Virus record (IMG/VR): IMGVR_UViG_3300021086_000004
Span: 26,732 to 90,731 of that record
Direction: 5' to 3' (one strand)
Source of the DNA: a virus
Lineage: Duplodnaviria; Caudoviricetes
DNA: 64,000 nt
Positions 9,635 to 17,861 of this stretch are shown here, one piece after another. The position numbers were made by a program, and so were the translations under genes. The notes beneath the pieces were generated by a model. That model saw nothing but the letters and a program-made list of their open reading frames with translations. It made no database searches and had not been told where the DNA came from. Each line of letters starts with the position of its first letter. The stretch's first letter is position 1.

Positions 9635-10497
9635 CGTCGGTGTCCGTTCGTCCGGTGGGGTTTGTGGGTGGGGCAGGGCACGGGCCGGTCGGGGTCTCCG
9701 AGCCAGCCACCGACGCAGCCATGCGCGCACGGCTCGGCAGCCGGAGGGCCATGCCCGTTGACGTGCGGCGGGAGCGGAGTCGGCTCGGCCCAGGCCCGCC
9801 AGTCGGGAATCACAGCCGCGAACCCGCCGCGGTCGCCGAGCGATGCGATGAGCCCGCCGGGGCTGGTCGCACCCCGCGCCTCGTGGAGGAACTGCTCGAT
9901 CGACGGACGGTCGCTGGCCGGGATGCCGTGGGCTGCCAGCACCCGATCCGCCTTGTCGCTGCCGTTGCCGTTGGACTTCGAGGAGCTAGCTAGCTGAGTA
10001 GAGGAGAAGCTAAGAGCAGGGACCCCCAACTGGGGGAGCAACGAATCCCGGACGGGGGAGCAACTGACCCCAACTGGGGGAGCAACGCCATCTGTTGCTC
10101 CCCCAGTTGGGGGAGCGTTAGCCCCTCCCCCGGCCTCCTGTTGCACCCCCGCCTGGGGGAGCAACGCTCGGGCGAGTGCGCCGATGTCATAGGTCGTCTG
10201 CCGGCCAAAGCAGCAGAACAGCGGCTGCCCCGACTTCTTCACGCCGATCTGAACCCTCGTCTCGAACTCCGTGCCGGCCAACTTGTCCAGCGCCTTCCCG
10301 GCCTGCTTCTCGCTGGTCAGGCCAACCCGTCGCGCGACGATCACGAGCAGGCTGTCGGCCTCGCCCCACTGGCCGCTGAACGCCAGTCCGGTCTCATCCT
10401 TCGCAAGGTCGGCCAGTTCGAGCAGCACCGAGCGTCGTGAGCCCTGAAGGCTTGTCGGCAGCGCGTCGGCCAGCGCGCGACGCAACTGGTAGCCCAT
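9631..10497 (-). CDS. Replication initiator-like HTH protein (lambda O-like architecture)
   Basis: N-terminal SVLLELADLAKDETG plus HTH-like region; central low-complexity linker carrying DNA repeats; C-terminal CxxGCxGGWLGD..PxPC motif. Confidence 0.6.
   Translation of the reverse strand: MGYQLRRALADALPTSLQGSRRSVLLELADLAKDETGLAFSGQWGEADSLLVIVARRVGLTSEKQAGKALDKLAGTEFETRVQIGVKKSGQPLFCCFGRQTTYDIGALARALLPQAGVQQEAGGGANAPPTGGATDGVAPPVGVSCSPVRDSLLPQLGVPALSFSSTQLASSSKSNGNGSDKADRVLAAHGIPASDRPSIEQFLHEARGATSPGGLIASLGDRGGFAAVIPDWRAWAEPTPLPPHVNGHGPPAAEPCAHGCVGGWLGDPDRPVPCPTHKPHRTNGHRR
10024..10165. repeat. Iteron-like repeats (putative replication origin) inside the rep-like gene
   Basis: CCCCAACTGGGGGAGCAAC at 10024-10042 and 10068-10086, exact inverted copy at 10094-10112, partial copies at 10054-10064 and 10153-10165. 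Confidence 0.75.
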
Positions 10498-10549
10498 GCG
10501 GACACTCCGTCCCTTACTGCGCTGCACGGGGCAGCGGCGCGCGGACGGG

Positions 10550-10777
10550 TCAGGCGGAGCGGGCGATCTGCTTGGAGATCCTGTCCAGCAGGTCCACCCA
10601 GTCATCGAGCCGGCGGCCGGTGGGCTTACCAAGGCCGGTCTCCCACCGGACGATGGAGTTCTCGTGGACGCGCAACTCCTGCGCCATGCGCTGCCGGGAC
10701 CAGCCGAAGTCCTCGCGGAGTTGCCGGGCGGCAGCAGCGTCGAGGGTGGTGGGGCTGGGCAACACGTCGTCAGACAT
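10550..10777 (-). CDS. XRE/Cro-family HTH regulator
   Basis: LREDFGWSRQRMAQELRVHENSIVRWETG. Confidence 0.85.
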   Translation of the reverse strand: MSDDVLPSPTTLDAAAARQLREDFGWSRQRMAQELRVHENSIVRWETGLGKPTGRRLDDWVDLLDRISKQIARSA

Positions 10778-10783
10778 GCGCCG

Positions 10784-10789
10784 ATCTTA
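10784..10789 (-). promoter_or_regulatory. -10 box (TAAGAT) of leaderless promoter for XRE gene
   Basis: TAAGAT lies 6 nt before the ATG at 10777. Confidence 0.6.
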
Positions 10790-11029
10790 CAGGGTTAGGC
10801 ACAGTCTCGGGGCTATCTTGGCTAGAGCAGACTTCCGGGCGACAGTTCACCGTTCGGTAAACCAGGACGGTTGGGGCCGGCTCGCTACCCTCTCCGCAGG
10901 GAAGGAAGTGCTGCCGCGGTGGCGCGGGTTGATCACCGCGTTGTTACTCCAGGGGCGCCAGCGGGACTAAGACGCAGGGGCTTGAGCCAGAAGCTGTCGT
11001 GTACCCGCTGGCCCTTCCCGCCCAAGCAA

Positions 11030-11055
11030 ACGGCCCCCGTTGCAGCGGGGGCCGT
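11030..11055 (-). terminator. Intrinsic terminator hairpin
   Basis: ACGGCCCCCG/CGGGGGCCGT stem followed by TTTG on minus strand, downstream of the 11101 gene. Confidence 0.7.
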
Positions 11056-11100
11056 CCTGTACGCGCTCCGATCCACCCTCACGATACCGCCGCGCCGCCC

Positions 11101-11415
11101 TCAGTCGGGCCATTCGGCGAGCCAGCAGTCCGGCGCGAACAGGTACTCACGCAGCACGTACACCACCCGCCGGTTCACCCCGTCGACCGTGAGCACCGCG
11201 CCGCCGGGCCACCCACCTGGGCGCTCCTGGTACCGGACGTGCTCGTTGTACCGGCCGGCCCGCAGTTCCTCGACCAGTTCGTTCGTGAGCCACACCCGGG
11301 GGTCGGCGTGCTCGACAGACAGGAGCCCCCGCATGGTCCCGTCGGCCGGCTTGACGACCAGCCGGCCAGGCGCCACGCCACTCGGCAGACTGCGGAACCC
11401 GCCCGCATTGATCAC
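11101..11415 (-). CDS. Hypothetical protein
   Basis: GTGA-coupled; protein-like composition. Confidence 0.65.
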   Translation of the reverse strand: MINAGGFRSLPSGVAPGRLVVKPADGTMRGLLSVEHADPRVWLTNELVEELRAGRYNEHVRYQERPGGWPGGAVLTVDGVNRRVVYVLREYLFAPDCWLAEWPD

Positions 11416-11897
11416 GTCAGCCGGTCGGGCTGTCCGGCTAGCAGCGCGCGTTTCACCCGGAGCCGTTCAAGTTCGGCTTCAACGACCGCACCATGGGATT
11501 TCCACCACCACCGCGAGACCAACTCTTGCATGACCATCAGCACGCACAGCAGGGCGACAACCCCCAGGGCCACTGAGATCGCACGTATCCAGCCGACTCC
11601 CGACAGCCACGAGCCATACGCGGCGACAGTCAGGACGGCGCCGCCGACGATCTCTACGCCGATCACCGTCTTTTCGTCACCCCGGGAGACCCTCCCCAGG
11701 GGTAGATCACCCCACGAGTTCAGTTCCGTCTCCAGCAAGAGCAGCGCGTGCGATTGCATCACGATCAGATCCTCGACATATCTAACGGCTGGCGCCAGGC
11801 GTTCCCGCTCGCTCAGGCCGTTCAATAGCCGTAGGTTCTCGGTCAGCGCGCGGCGCAGACTGTCGACGTCACTATCCTCCGGGTGGACAGTCGACAT
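11412..11897 (-). CDS. Membrane protein (2 TM), more AT-rich than flanks
   Basis: Two hydrophobic segments; alternative coupled GTG start at 11942. Confidence 0.65.
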   Translation of the reverse strand: MSTVHPEDSDVDSLRRALTENLRLLNGLSERERLAPAVRYVEDLIVMQSHALLLLETELNSWGDLPLGRVSRGDEKTVIGVEIVGGAVLTVAAYGSWLSGVGWIRAISVALGVVALLCVLMVMQELVSRWWWKSHGAVVEAELERLRVKRALLAGQPDRLT

Positions 11898-11938
11898 CGC
11901 TCTTGCAGCTCTCGCGGCCAGGACCACAATCGCGCCGG

Positions 11939-12292
11939 TCACCCCAGGACGGTGAACTGCGCCGCCGGGAGGATCACGATCCGCGGCCACAACTCAGGCG
12001 GAACCTTCCCCCGGACATCCGCCACGTACTGCTCGAACTGCGCCGACGTCATCTGCGGGTCGGTCCTGATCATCACGAACTGCCGGGCCGGGTCCACCGC
12101 CATCACCTGCACCGCCCCGGGCGGCAACGTCACCGTGAGCGCCGGGCTCGGCGGCGGCTTCCCGTCGGCCTGTGCGGTCGCGCTGGCCGCAGCAGGCGCG
12201 GTCTGGACCGGGCCGTTCGACGCGGGCGGGGGGAACGGCGGACCCGGCCACCCCGTCCCCGACGTGCCGCCCTCCGCGTACGGCGAACTCAC
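11939..12292 (-). CDS. Hypothetical protein, Pro-rich N-terminus
   Basis: GTGA overlap with stop of 12289 gene. Confidence 0.55.
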   Translation of the reverse strand: MSSPYAEGGTSGTGWPGPPFPPPASNGPVQTAPAAASATAQADGKPPPSPALTVTLPPGAVQVMAVDPARQFVMIRTDPQMTSAQFEQYVADVRGKVPPELWPRIVILPAAQFTVLG

Positions 12293-12489
12293 CGCACACC
12301 ACCCGCAGGTAACGCCGCATCGAGAGACCCGGCGACGACGAACAGGTGCGCCGCCCAATGCTGGGCCAGCAACTGCCCGCACACGCCGCACGGCATCACC
12401 GCGGACTGAGCGGTCGCCGACGTCGGACCCGGGGTCGGGCGAGCGACCTGCGGCGCCCCGGTCTGGGGCAGCCTGGGCCGGCCGTTCAC
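12289..12489 (-). CDS. Hypothetical protein
   Basis: Coupled on both sides; CGVC..H motif. Confidence 0.45.
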   Translation of the reverse strand: MNGRPRLPQTGAPQVARPTPGPTSATAQSAVMPCGVCGQLLAQHWAAHLFVVAGSLDAALPAGGVR

Positions 12490-12695
12490 CCGATCACTCC
12501 CGACGACACCACGTCACCCGAAGGCGGCGCCTCGTGGACCCCGTACCCGAACACCATCCGGTGCACCACCCGCTCGATCACCCGGTCAGGCATCCCCTCC
12601 GCGCGCATCGATTCCCGTGTCAGGTCCAGCCACGACCGCATCAGGGCCTCGTTGCCGGGTGACCCACCCGGGTCCTCCGCAGGCTCACCGCTCAC
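12486..12695 (-). CDS. Hypothetical protein
   Basis: GTGA overlaps on both sides. Confidence 0.55.
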   Translation of the reverse strand: MSGEPAEDPGGSPGNEALMRSWLDLTRESMRAEGMPDRVIERVVHRMVFGYGVHEAPPSGDVVSSGVIG

Positions 12696-13021
12696 ACCGC
12701 ACCTCCGTCCAGCCGCCCGCCGGCCATCTCCCGGCCGTCGGAGTCCAACATCATCCACCGATACGGGTCGAGCTCGGGGTCGAGCACGACCGGCACGCCG
12801 AACAGCCCGGTCACCTTCGGCAGGCTCCACACGAAGTACTGCCCACTGCCCGCGCGCAAGGCGGACCAGACCTGGATCTGGCTCCACGCCTCCGCGCCCA
12901 CCTTCAACTGCGCCGCGACCGGGCGACCGCCGCCGGCCTCCCGGGCCAACGCCACCACCTCGGCCACCGACAGCCCAGCCGTGGACCGCGCCATGCCGTC
13001 GTCGCTCAACCGCTCATCCAT
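12692..13021 (-). CDS. Hypothetical protein
   Basis: ATG 13021 overlaps terL end (alternative 12994). Confidence 0.55.
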   Translation of the reverse strand: MDERLSDDGMARSTAGLSVAEVVALAREAGGGRPVAAQLKVGAEAWSQIQVWSALRAGSGQYFVWSLPKVTGLFGVPVVLDPELDPYRWMMLDSDGREMAGGRLDGGAV

Positions 13022-14403
13022 CTCATTCTGGGTTGAGCCCCCATATCCAACTCGGCGACTACGTACCGCCCGGCATCGGCGCCGTGGTCGTTTTCCTTTA
13101 GCGGCTGCTCTTTCGGGGCCTTCCCCGCGCCCGTGTCCCACACGTACCCGGGGAACTCCTCCTCCGTGCATGTCGGTTTCGCCGCATCCGCCAGCACCGG
13201 GTCCGGGTCGTGCTGCCGGGCGTCGCGCATCACGAACAGCCGCGGCTTGCCGTCCGCCGCCGGCCGCAGCCGCGCCGCGAAAGCCTCGATCCCCTCGCTG
13301 ACGTTCTTGTTCGCCGCCACCGTGCTCATCCCCAGGTGGCGTTCCAACGTGGCCCGACCTTCCGCGTCGTGGTCACACACGATCCGCGACGGGCGCGGCT
13401 CCCGCCACTCCCGCCGGCCGTCCGCTATCTCCGCGAGCGGGTCCTCGCCGTCGCCCTTCACGCCTTTCGGGAGCCGGGTCACGTACCGCAGGATCTGCCG
13501 GGCGTGGTCTTCCACCAGGCAGCCTGTCAGGTAGATCTCACGGTGAAGCCAAAGCCTGCCGTCATTATCCACCGCCCAGTCCTGCCAGCAGAACGGGTTC
13601 CGGTGGCCGAAGTCGACAACCCAGATCCGTCGCCAATCATTGGCCGGCCAGAACCTGTCGACGACGTGCACCGCGGCGTCCCATTCTGGGTATACCACGC
13701 CCTCGGACGACGACCACTGCCCCAGGTAAAGCCTGCCACGGCGGGCGCCGGTCAGCTTCGCGAGCTTCCCTTCGATGTAGTCCCGGCCCTCGTCAGTCAA
13801 CTCACCGGCGGCCGTGTAGTAGCGGGGGTTGTCTTTGTGCCGGGAGAGGAGCCGGACCGTCTGGCCTCTATTGCAGCGCTGGTTCAACCAGTGCGTGGGT
13901 TTATCCGGATTTGCGTCTGCGATTAGCTGCTGGAACCGGAGCCGGCCGAACCGCAGCCGAGTCGTCAACGCCTCGAAATCGTCCTCCGTGAACTCCGTGG
14001 ATTCCCCCGCGTAGATCACGTCGTACTCACTTGACATGATCTTGGACGCCTTATCGAGCCCGCCGATCATGATGAGCGACCCATTTGAGTACTGGTACTG
14101 CGGCGGCTTCCGCTGATTCCCCCCGAAATACACAACCGTCTTGTTCCCCAACAGTTCCGGGATGACCAGCTTCTCCCACGTCACCAGCGTCGTCGCCCCC
14201 AACGACCGGCCCGTCTTCCGCACGATCAGCCCGCGCATACCCGGGGTCGCCAGCGCCAGCAGGTTCAGCCGCTCAAGGCAGGCCATCGTCTTCCCCGTCC
14301 CCGCCGGCCCGTCCATCAGGACTTCCGGGCCGCGCTCGGAGAAGAGCTGCCGGGCGGCGCCGCGGGGGGCGTACCGGTGTTCGACCAGCGTGGGGGCGGT
14401 CAT
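13006..14403 (-). CDS. terL: Terminase large subunit (PBSX-like)
   Basis: Walker A GPAGTGKT, Walker B-like YAGES, DANPDKPTHWL, VDFGHRNP, NDHGADAGRY nuclease motifs. Confidence 0.95.
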   Translation of the reverse strand: MTAPTLVEHRYAPRGAARQLFSERGPEVLMDGPAGTGKTMACLERLNLLALATPGMRGLIVRKTGRSLGATTLVTWEKLVIPELLGNKTVVYFGGNQRKPPQYQYSNGSLIMIGGLDKASKIMSSEYDVIYAGESTEFTEDDFEALTTRLRFGRLRFQQLIADANPDKPTHWLNQRCNRGQTVRLLSRHKDNPRYYTAAGELTDEGRDYIEGKLAKLTGARRGRLYLGQWSSSEGVVYPEWDAAVHVVDRFWPANDWRRIWVVDFGHRNPFCWQDWAVDNDGRLWLHREIYLTGCLVEDHARQILRYVTRLPKGVKGDGEDPLAEIADGRREWREPRPSRIVCDHDAEGRATLERHLGMSTVAANKNVSEGIEAFAARLRPAADGKPRLFVMRDARQHDPDPVLADAAKPTCTEEEFPGYVWDTGAGKAPKEQPLKENDHGADAGRYVVAELDMGAQPRMRWMSG

Positions 14404-14876
14404 GTCAGGTCGGCCGGGTCGACGCCTTCGATGATGTACGTGACGACGGTGCCCGTTGTCGAGACCGGCGCGTCGAGACCGAGTAGCCGCGCCTCGCGTT
14501 CGTCGAGGGCCTTGAGCCGGTCGACGGCGCGGAGGATGGGGGCGTCGTCGAGTAGCGGGTTGCCGTCGGGGCCGTGGATGATCTCGCCGTTGTTGACGGT
14601 ATAGTGGAATGCTTCGAGTACGCCGATGACGGCTTTGCGTTGCATGTCGATGGAGGCGAGTTGCTTCTCGCGGTACTGGTCGAGGGAGAGGGCGAGGTGT
14701 TCGCGTCGCTGGTCGAGGGCGCGGCGCATGTCGGTGATGGCGGATTGGCGTGAGTCGTAGCCGAGTGTGTCGGCTATTTCTTGCCAGGTGATGCCGCGGT
14801 TGCGGAGGCGGATGACTTCTTCGCGGCGGGCGGTGATGTCTGACGGTGGCGGGTCTTGTGGGGTGGCACCTGTCAC
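14400..14876 (-). CDS. terS: Terminase small subunit (HTH)
   Basis: RREEVIRLRNRGITWQEIADTLGY HTH; ERRARLLGLDAP-type C-terminus (EREARLLGLDAP); ATGA-coupled to terL. Confidence 0.8.
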   Translation of the reverse strand: MTGATPQDPPPSDITARREEVIRLRNRGITWQEIADTLGYDSRQSAITDMRRALDQRREHLALSLDQYREKQLASIDMQRKAVIGVLEAFHYTVNNGEIIHGPDGNPLLDDAPILRAVDRLKALDEREARLLGLDAPVSTTGTVVTYIIEGVDPADLT

Positions 14877-15190
14877 TGGTCGCAGCCAGCTTTGGCGGCT
14901 TCCCTGGACCACTGCACGACCCAGGCGTAGTGCTGCGTTTCGGTGGATCCTGCGGATCCATTCATGTCCTTGCGGAATAACCCGAGCCGTATGCCCTCGG
15001 CTATGTCGTGCCGTACCTGCTTGAAGAATGCGTGGCCGAGTTCTTCGGTGAACACGCCGCTGAGGATCAGCCGCCTGCATAGCAGGCGCGAAAATGAATC
15101 GACTGAGAAGGTGCTCTCGTCCGCAGACCGACGGACCGGCGTGAAGGGGATGGGTCCGATAGCGCAGTCGCCTGTTGGCTGGCTAGTCAC
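14873..15190 (-). CDS. Hypothetical protein, more AT-rich than flanks
   Basis: GTGA overlaps on both sides. Confidence 0.5.
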   Translation of the reverse strand: MTSQPTGDCAIGPIPFTPVRRSADESTFSVDSFSRLLCRRLILSGVFTEELGHAFFKQVRHDIAEGIRLGLFRKDMNGSAGSTETQHYAWVVQWSREAAKAGCDQ

Positions 15191-15315
15191 GGGTGCCGTC
15201 TGCGTTGTTCGAGCCATTGGTTGATGGCTGCGACCCGCCGGTCGTCGTTGACGGCCCACGCGGTCGCGGCGCAGAGGGCGGTGGCTACCGCGATGGTGGC
15301 GAGCGGGATTAGCAC
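15187..15315 (-). CDS. Small membrane protein (42 aa; not in ORF track)
   Basis: MLIPLATIAVATALCAATAWAVNDDRRVAAINQWLEQRRRHP; overlaps both neighbours. Confidence 0.5.
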   Translation of the reverse strand: MLIPLATIAVATALCAATAWAVNDDRRVAAINQWLEQRRRHP

Positions 15316-15587
15316 TGCGGCTCCTGCGCACTCCGGAGCTTGCCGACGGTGAGCGTGCGGCCTTCCGTGGTGACTGTGCGGCCTTGCCAGCCGAGGGTGT
15401 CGGCGAGTTCGCGGATCTGCTGGTCGGTGGCGTCGTCGGCGAAGTCGAGGGTCCAGGCTTCGTCGTCGGCGCGGGTGGTGGCGGTGAGGTGCGGCTCAGC
15501 GTTACGGGCGAGCCGTCGGGTGGCGAGGGCCGCGGCTATGGTGCCGATTGCGAGGGCGAGCCCGGCGGCCCATTGTGCGCCGGTCAC
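15309..15587 (-). CDS. Membrane-anchored hypothetical protein
   Basis: N-terminal TM; GTGA-coupled. Confidence 0.6.
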   Translation of the reverse strand: MTGAQWAAGLALAIGTIAAALATRRLARNAEPHLTATTRADDEAWTLDFADDATDQQIRELADTLGWQGRTVTTEGRTLTVGKLRSAQEPQC

Positions 15588-15913
15588 GGAATGTCCTGGG
15601 GGTCGATCGGGATGGCGACCCAGGTGGTGATCTGCTGGCCGCCGGCTTCGGCGGTGAACGGTTCGGGCGGGTTGCCGATGAACCGGGGCGGTGCGGCGGT
15701 GCTGAGCTGGTACCAGCCAGCCCGCCACGAGACCCAGTCGCTGGCGCCCAGTTCGGCCAGGGACGGCGTCGCCGTCAGCGGGGTCTCGGCGCCGCAGGTC
15801 TGGCACCAGAATTCGTCCGTCCCGTCGCCGGCTTCGCGTGACTGGCCGTCGGTCCACGGCGCCACCCGGTCACACCGTGGGCACTGATAGGCGGCCGGCT
15901 GCGGGTCGGTCAT
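15584..15913 (-). CDS. Zn-ribbon hypothetical protein
   Basis: CPRC..CQTC; ATGA-coupled. Confidence 0.65.
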   Translation of the reverse strand: MTDPQPAAYQCPRCDRVAPWTDGQSREAGDGTDEFWCQTCGAETPLTATPSLAELGASDWVSWRAGWYQLSTAAPPRFIGNPPEPFTAEAGGQQITTWVAIPIDPQDIP

Positions 15914-16167
15914 GGCCGGCCTCCGTAGCGGCGTGCGGCCGATGCGGTCATCGAACTCAGGTGCCAGTGGTCGCCGCAGCGTCGGGTCCGCGTGGGCGCG
16001 GTGGTCCGTGATGCGCGTGCGGTGGCGCGGACGCGGTCGAGGGCGGCCTGTGCGGTGGGCTGGTCGGGGTAGGCGACCTTGCCGGTCGCGGCGCAGCGGT
16101 GCCCCTCGTCGCCGTCGAGTTCGGCGCGGAGCCGGGTCATGTTGATCGGGTACGCGGGCCGGCTCAC
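15910..16167 (-). CDS. Conserved phage protein (CxxTGK..WHLS type)
   Basis: CAATGKVAYP and CGDHWHLSS motifs; coupled. Confidence 0.7.
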   Translation of the reverse strand: MSRPAYPINMTRLRAELDGDEGHRCAATGKVAYPDQPTAQAALDRVRATARASRTTAPTRTRRCGDHWHLSSMTASAARRYGGRP

Positions 16168-16394
16168 GGGACGTCACCCCGGCCGGGTTCGACGAGGCCG
16201 TGTGGGGTGATCCCGCGGCGGACGACGGTGGGCGCGGTCTCGCGGTGACGCCGGGCTTCGCCGAGGAGGACCCAGACAAGTTGTGCTTGGCTGCGCTGTT
16301 CGGCGCGGGCGGTGTTGCGGATCCAGTCGGCGAATTCGTCGGTGACGCGGGCGGTGACGGCTGCTGTTCTGGTGTCGTCTGCGGCCTCACCCAT
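16164..16394 (-). CDS. Ribbon-helix-helix (Arc-like) DNA-binding protein
   Basis: VTARVTDEFADWIRNTARAEQRSQAQLVWVLL; TACAGT 7 nt before ATG. Confidence 0.7.
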   Translation of the reverse strand: MGEAADDTRTAAVTARVTDEFADWIRNTARAEQRSQAQLVWVLLGEARRHRETAPTVVRRGITPHGLVEPGRGDVP

Positions 16395-16478
16395 GCCGGC
16401 GACTGTACCTGTTCGTTGTCGTCCGTGTGTGGTCGTGGTGGCCGTAGCCCATGCCTGCGGGGTAGCCGGGGTCGGGGG

Positions 16479-16682
16479 TCATGGGTTCTCCTGGCGGTGG
16501 TCGTGGATGGCTTGCCGGAGGCGGTCGGCTCCTTGGTCGGTGACGGGGAGGTTGGCGTGGTGGCGGGCTCGGTCGCGTGCGGCCTGTCGTTTGCGGTTGG
16601 CTCCGGCGAGGGCGAGGAGGGCGACGCTGACGGCGAGCGCGAGCGCCCAGATGGCGCCGACCTGGGCGAGGTGCGTGATCAC
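16479..16682 (-). CDS. Small membrane protein
   Basis: N-terminal TM; GTGA-coupled. Confidence 0.6.
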   Translation of the reverse strand: MITHLAQVGAIWALALAVSVALLALAGANRKRQAARDRARHHANLPVTDQGADRLRQAIHDHRQENP

Positions 16683-16936
16683 GTGGTGTCCTCCGGCTGG
16701 TCGTCGGGCTGGCGGTACATGGCGCCCATGAGCCGGGCTACTGCCGCTGTCCGCTCGGGCGTGACGTCGGCGAGCAGAGCGTCGAGCTCGGCCGGGTCGC
16801 TCGGGATGCGGAGTTCGGGGGTGGACTGGGCGGGTGCCGGCTGCCCGGTCATGGCTGCGTAGTCGGCGGGATGGACGGCGTCGTACGGGTAGTCCGGCTC
16901 GCGGTTGAACGCGGCCCGGATCTCGTCGCCGGTCAT
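16679..16936 (-). CDS. Hypothetical protein
   Basis: ATGA-coupled. Confidence 0.6.
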   Translation of the reverse strand: MTGDEIRAAFNREPDYPYDAVHPADYAAMTGQPAPAQSTPELRIPSDPAELDALLADVTPERTAAVARLMGAMYRQPDDQPEDTT

Positions 16937-17214
16937 GGCGTCTCCTCGGTCCGGGGCTGCCACCTGTCGGAGATGAGGTCTTGGTACACGGATTCGATCG
17001 CGTCCAGTTCGGTGCTGAGGACAGCGGCGCGGCGTTCGATCTCGGGGCAGACGGCGGTTTCGAGGGCGTGGTGCGGCTCGACGCAGGCGAGCCGCACGAG
17101 CGCGGCCTCACGGTCGATGTAGGCCTGGACGACGGCCTGGCTGGTACGGCCGGCCAGGGCTTTCGCCAGCGCCGCCGCGCCGGCCTGGACGTAGTCGGGT
17201 TGCGGGGCGGTCAC
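16933..17214 (-). CDS. Hypothetical protein
   Basis: GTGA-coupled. Confidence 0.6.
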   Translation of the reverse strand: MTAPQPDYVQAGAAALAKALAGRTSQAVVQAYIDREAALVRLACVEPHHALETAVCPEIERRAAVLSTELDAIESVYQDLISDRWQPRTEETP

Positions 17215-17423
17215 GTCTCGGTCTCCTCGGTCGCGGGCCGGTCGGGGTTGAGTGTGCGTAGTCCGGCGAGGAGCCGGCGGAGGGTGTCGGGGTCGTTGGG
17301 GTCGAGGAGCCGGCTGTTGACCGCGTCCAGGTCGCGGAGGTCGACGATCATGCCCTCGCGTGGGCCGGCGGGTTCGGTCTGGCCACATCGCTCGCGCCAC
17401 GCGGGTCGGTCGGTGCCGGTCAC
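17211..17423 (-). CDS. Hypothetical protein
   Basis: GTGA-coupled. Confidence 0.55.
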   Translation of the reverse strand: MTGTDRPAWRERCGQTEPAGPREGMIVDLRDLDAVNSRLLDPNDPDTLRRLLAGLRTLNPDRPATEETET

Positions 17424-17716
17424 GGCCCCTCCAGTTGCGCGCGGACCCGTTCGGGGGTCTGGTGGTCTGGGTTGTCGGGTGCCTGGCCGCAGATCCAACA
17501 AGGGTCAGCGACCCCGTTCATCGCCGCAGCGTGGTTGTAGCCCGGGCGCAGGTCGGACGGCGGTAGCTGCCAGCGGTGAGTTACCGCGTCGAGTGCTGTC
17601 GCGAGGGCTGCGTTCTCGGCCATGATCCGGACGAGTTGGTCGGTGAGGTAGGCCGCGGTCTCTTCGGGTGTCCGCCGACGCAGTCGAAACGGCTGCGCAA
17701 TGTCGGGCTCAGCCAT
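17420..17716 (-). CDS. Hypothetical protein (CxxC..H C-terminus)
   Basis: Overlaps neighbours; PCWICGQAPDNPDH. Confidence 0.65.
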   Translation of the reverse strand: MAEPDIAQPFRLRRRTPEETAAYLTDQLVRIMAENAALATALDAVTHRWQLPPSDLRPGYNHAAAMNGVADPCWICGQAPDNPDHQTPERVRAQLEGP

Positions 17717-17861
17717 GGTCGCGGTCCTTCCCGAGGTCGACAGGTCCGACGCGGATGGCGTCGGGGTGAACGTTCCACTGTGCGGCGAGCGCCTCCCTCA
17801 TTGCCGTGAGCAACGCGCCGAGCGGCTCGCGGGCTTCGGGCGCAACATCGGCCCGGCACAT
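17709..17861 (-). CDS. Hypothetical protein
   Basis: TGATG overlap with upstream stop. Confidence 0.5.
   Translation of the reverse strand: MCRADVAPEAREPLGALLTAMREALAAQWNVHPDAIRVGPVDLGKDRDHG

Noticed and set aside
10024-10165. Possible CRISPR array
   Set aside because: Repeats are 11-19 bp, mixed orientation, irregular short spacers, inside a CDS, and no cas genes are present
13006-14961. 651-aa terminase as given in ORF track (and similar long N-terminal extensions at 24867-26171, 29651-31273, 39527-40438, 46724-48028, 52757-55111)
   Set aside because: Extensions are Arg/Pro-rich alternative-frame readings over other real genes; coupled ATGA/GTGA starts give the true starts
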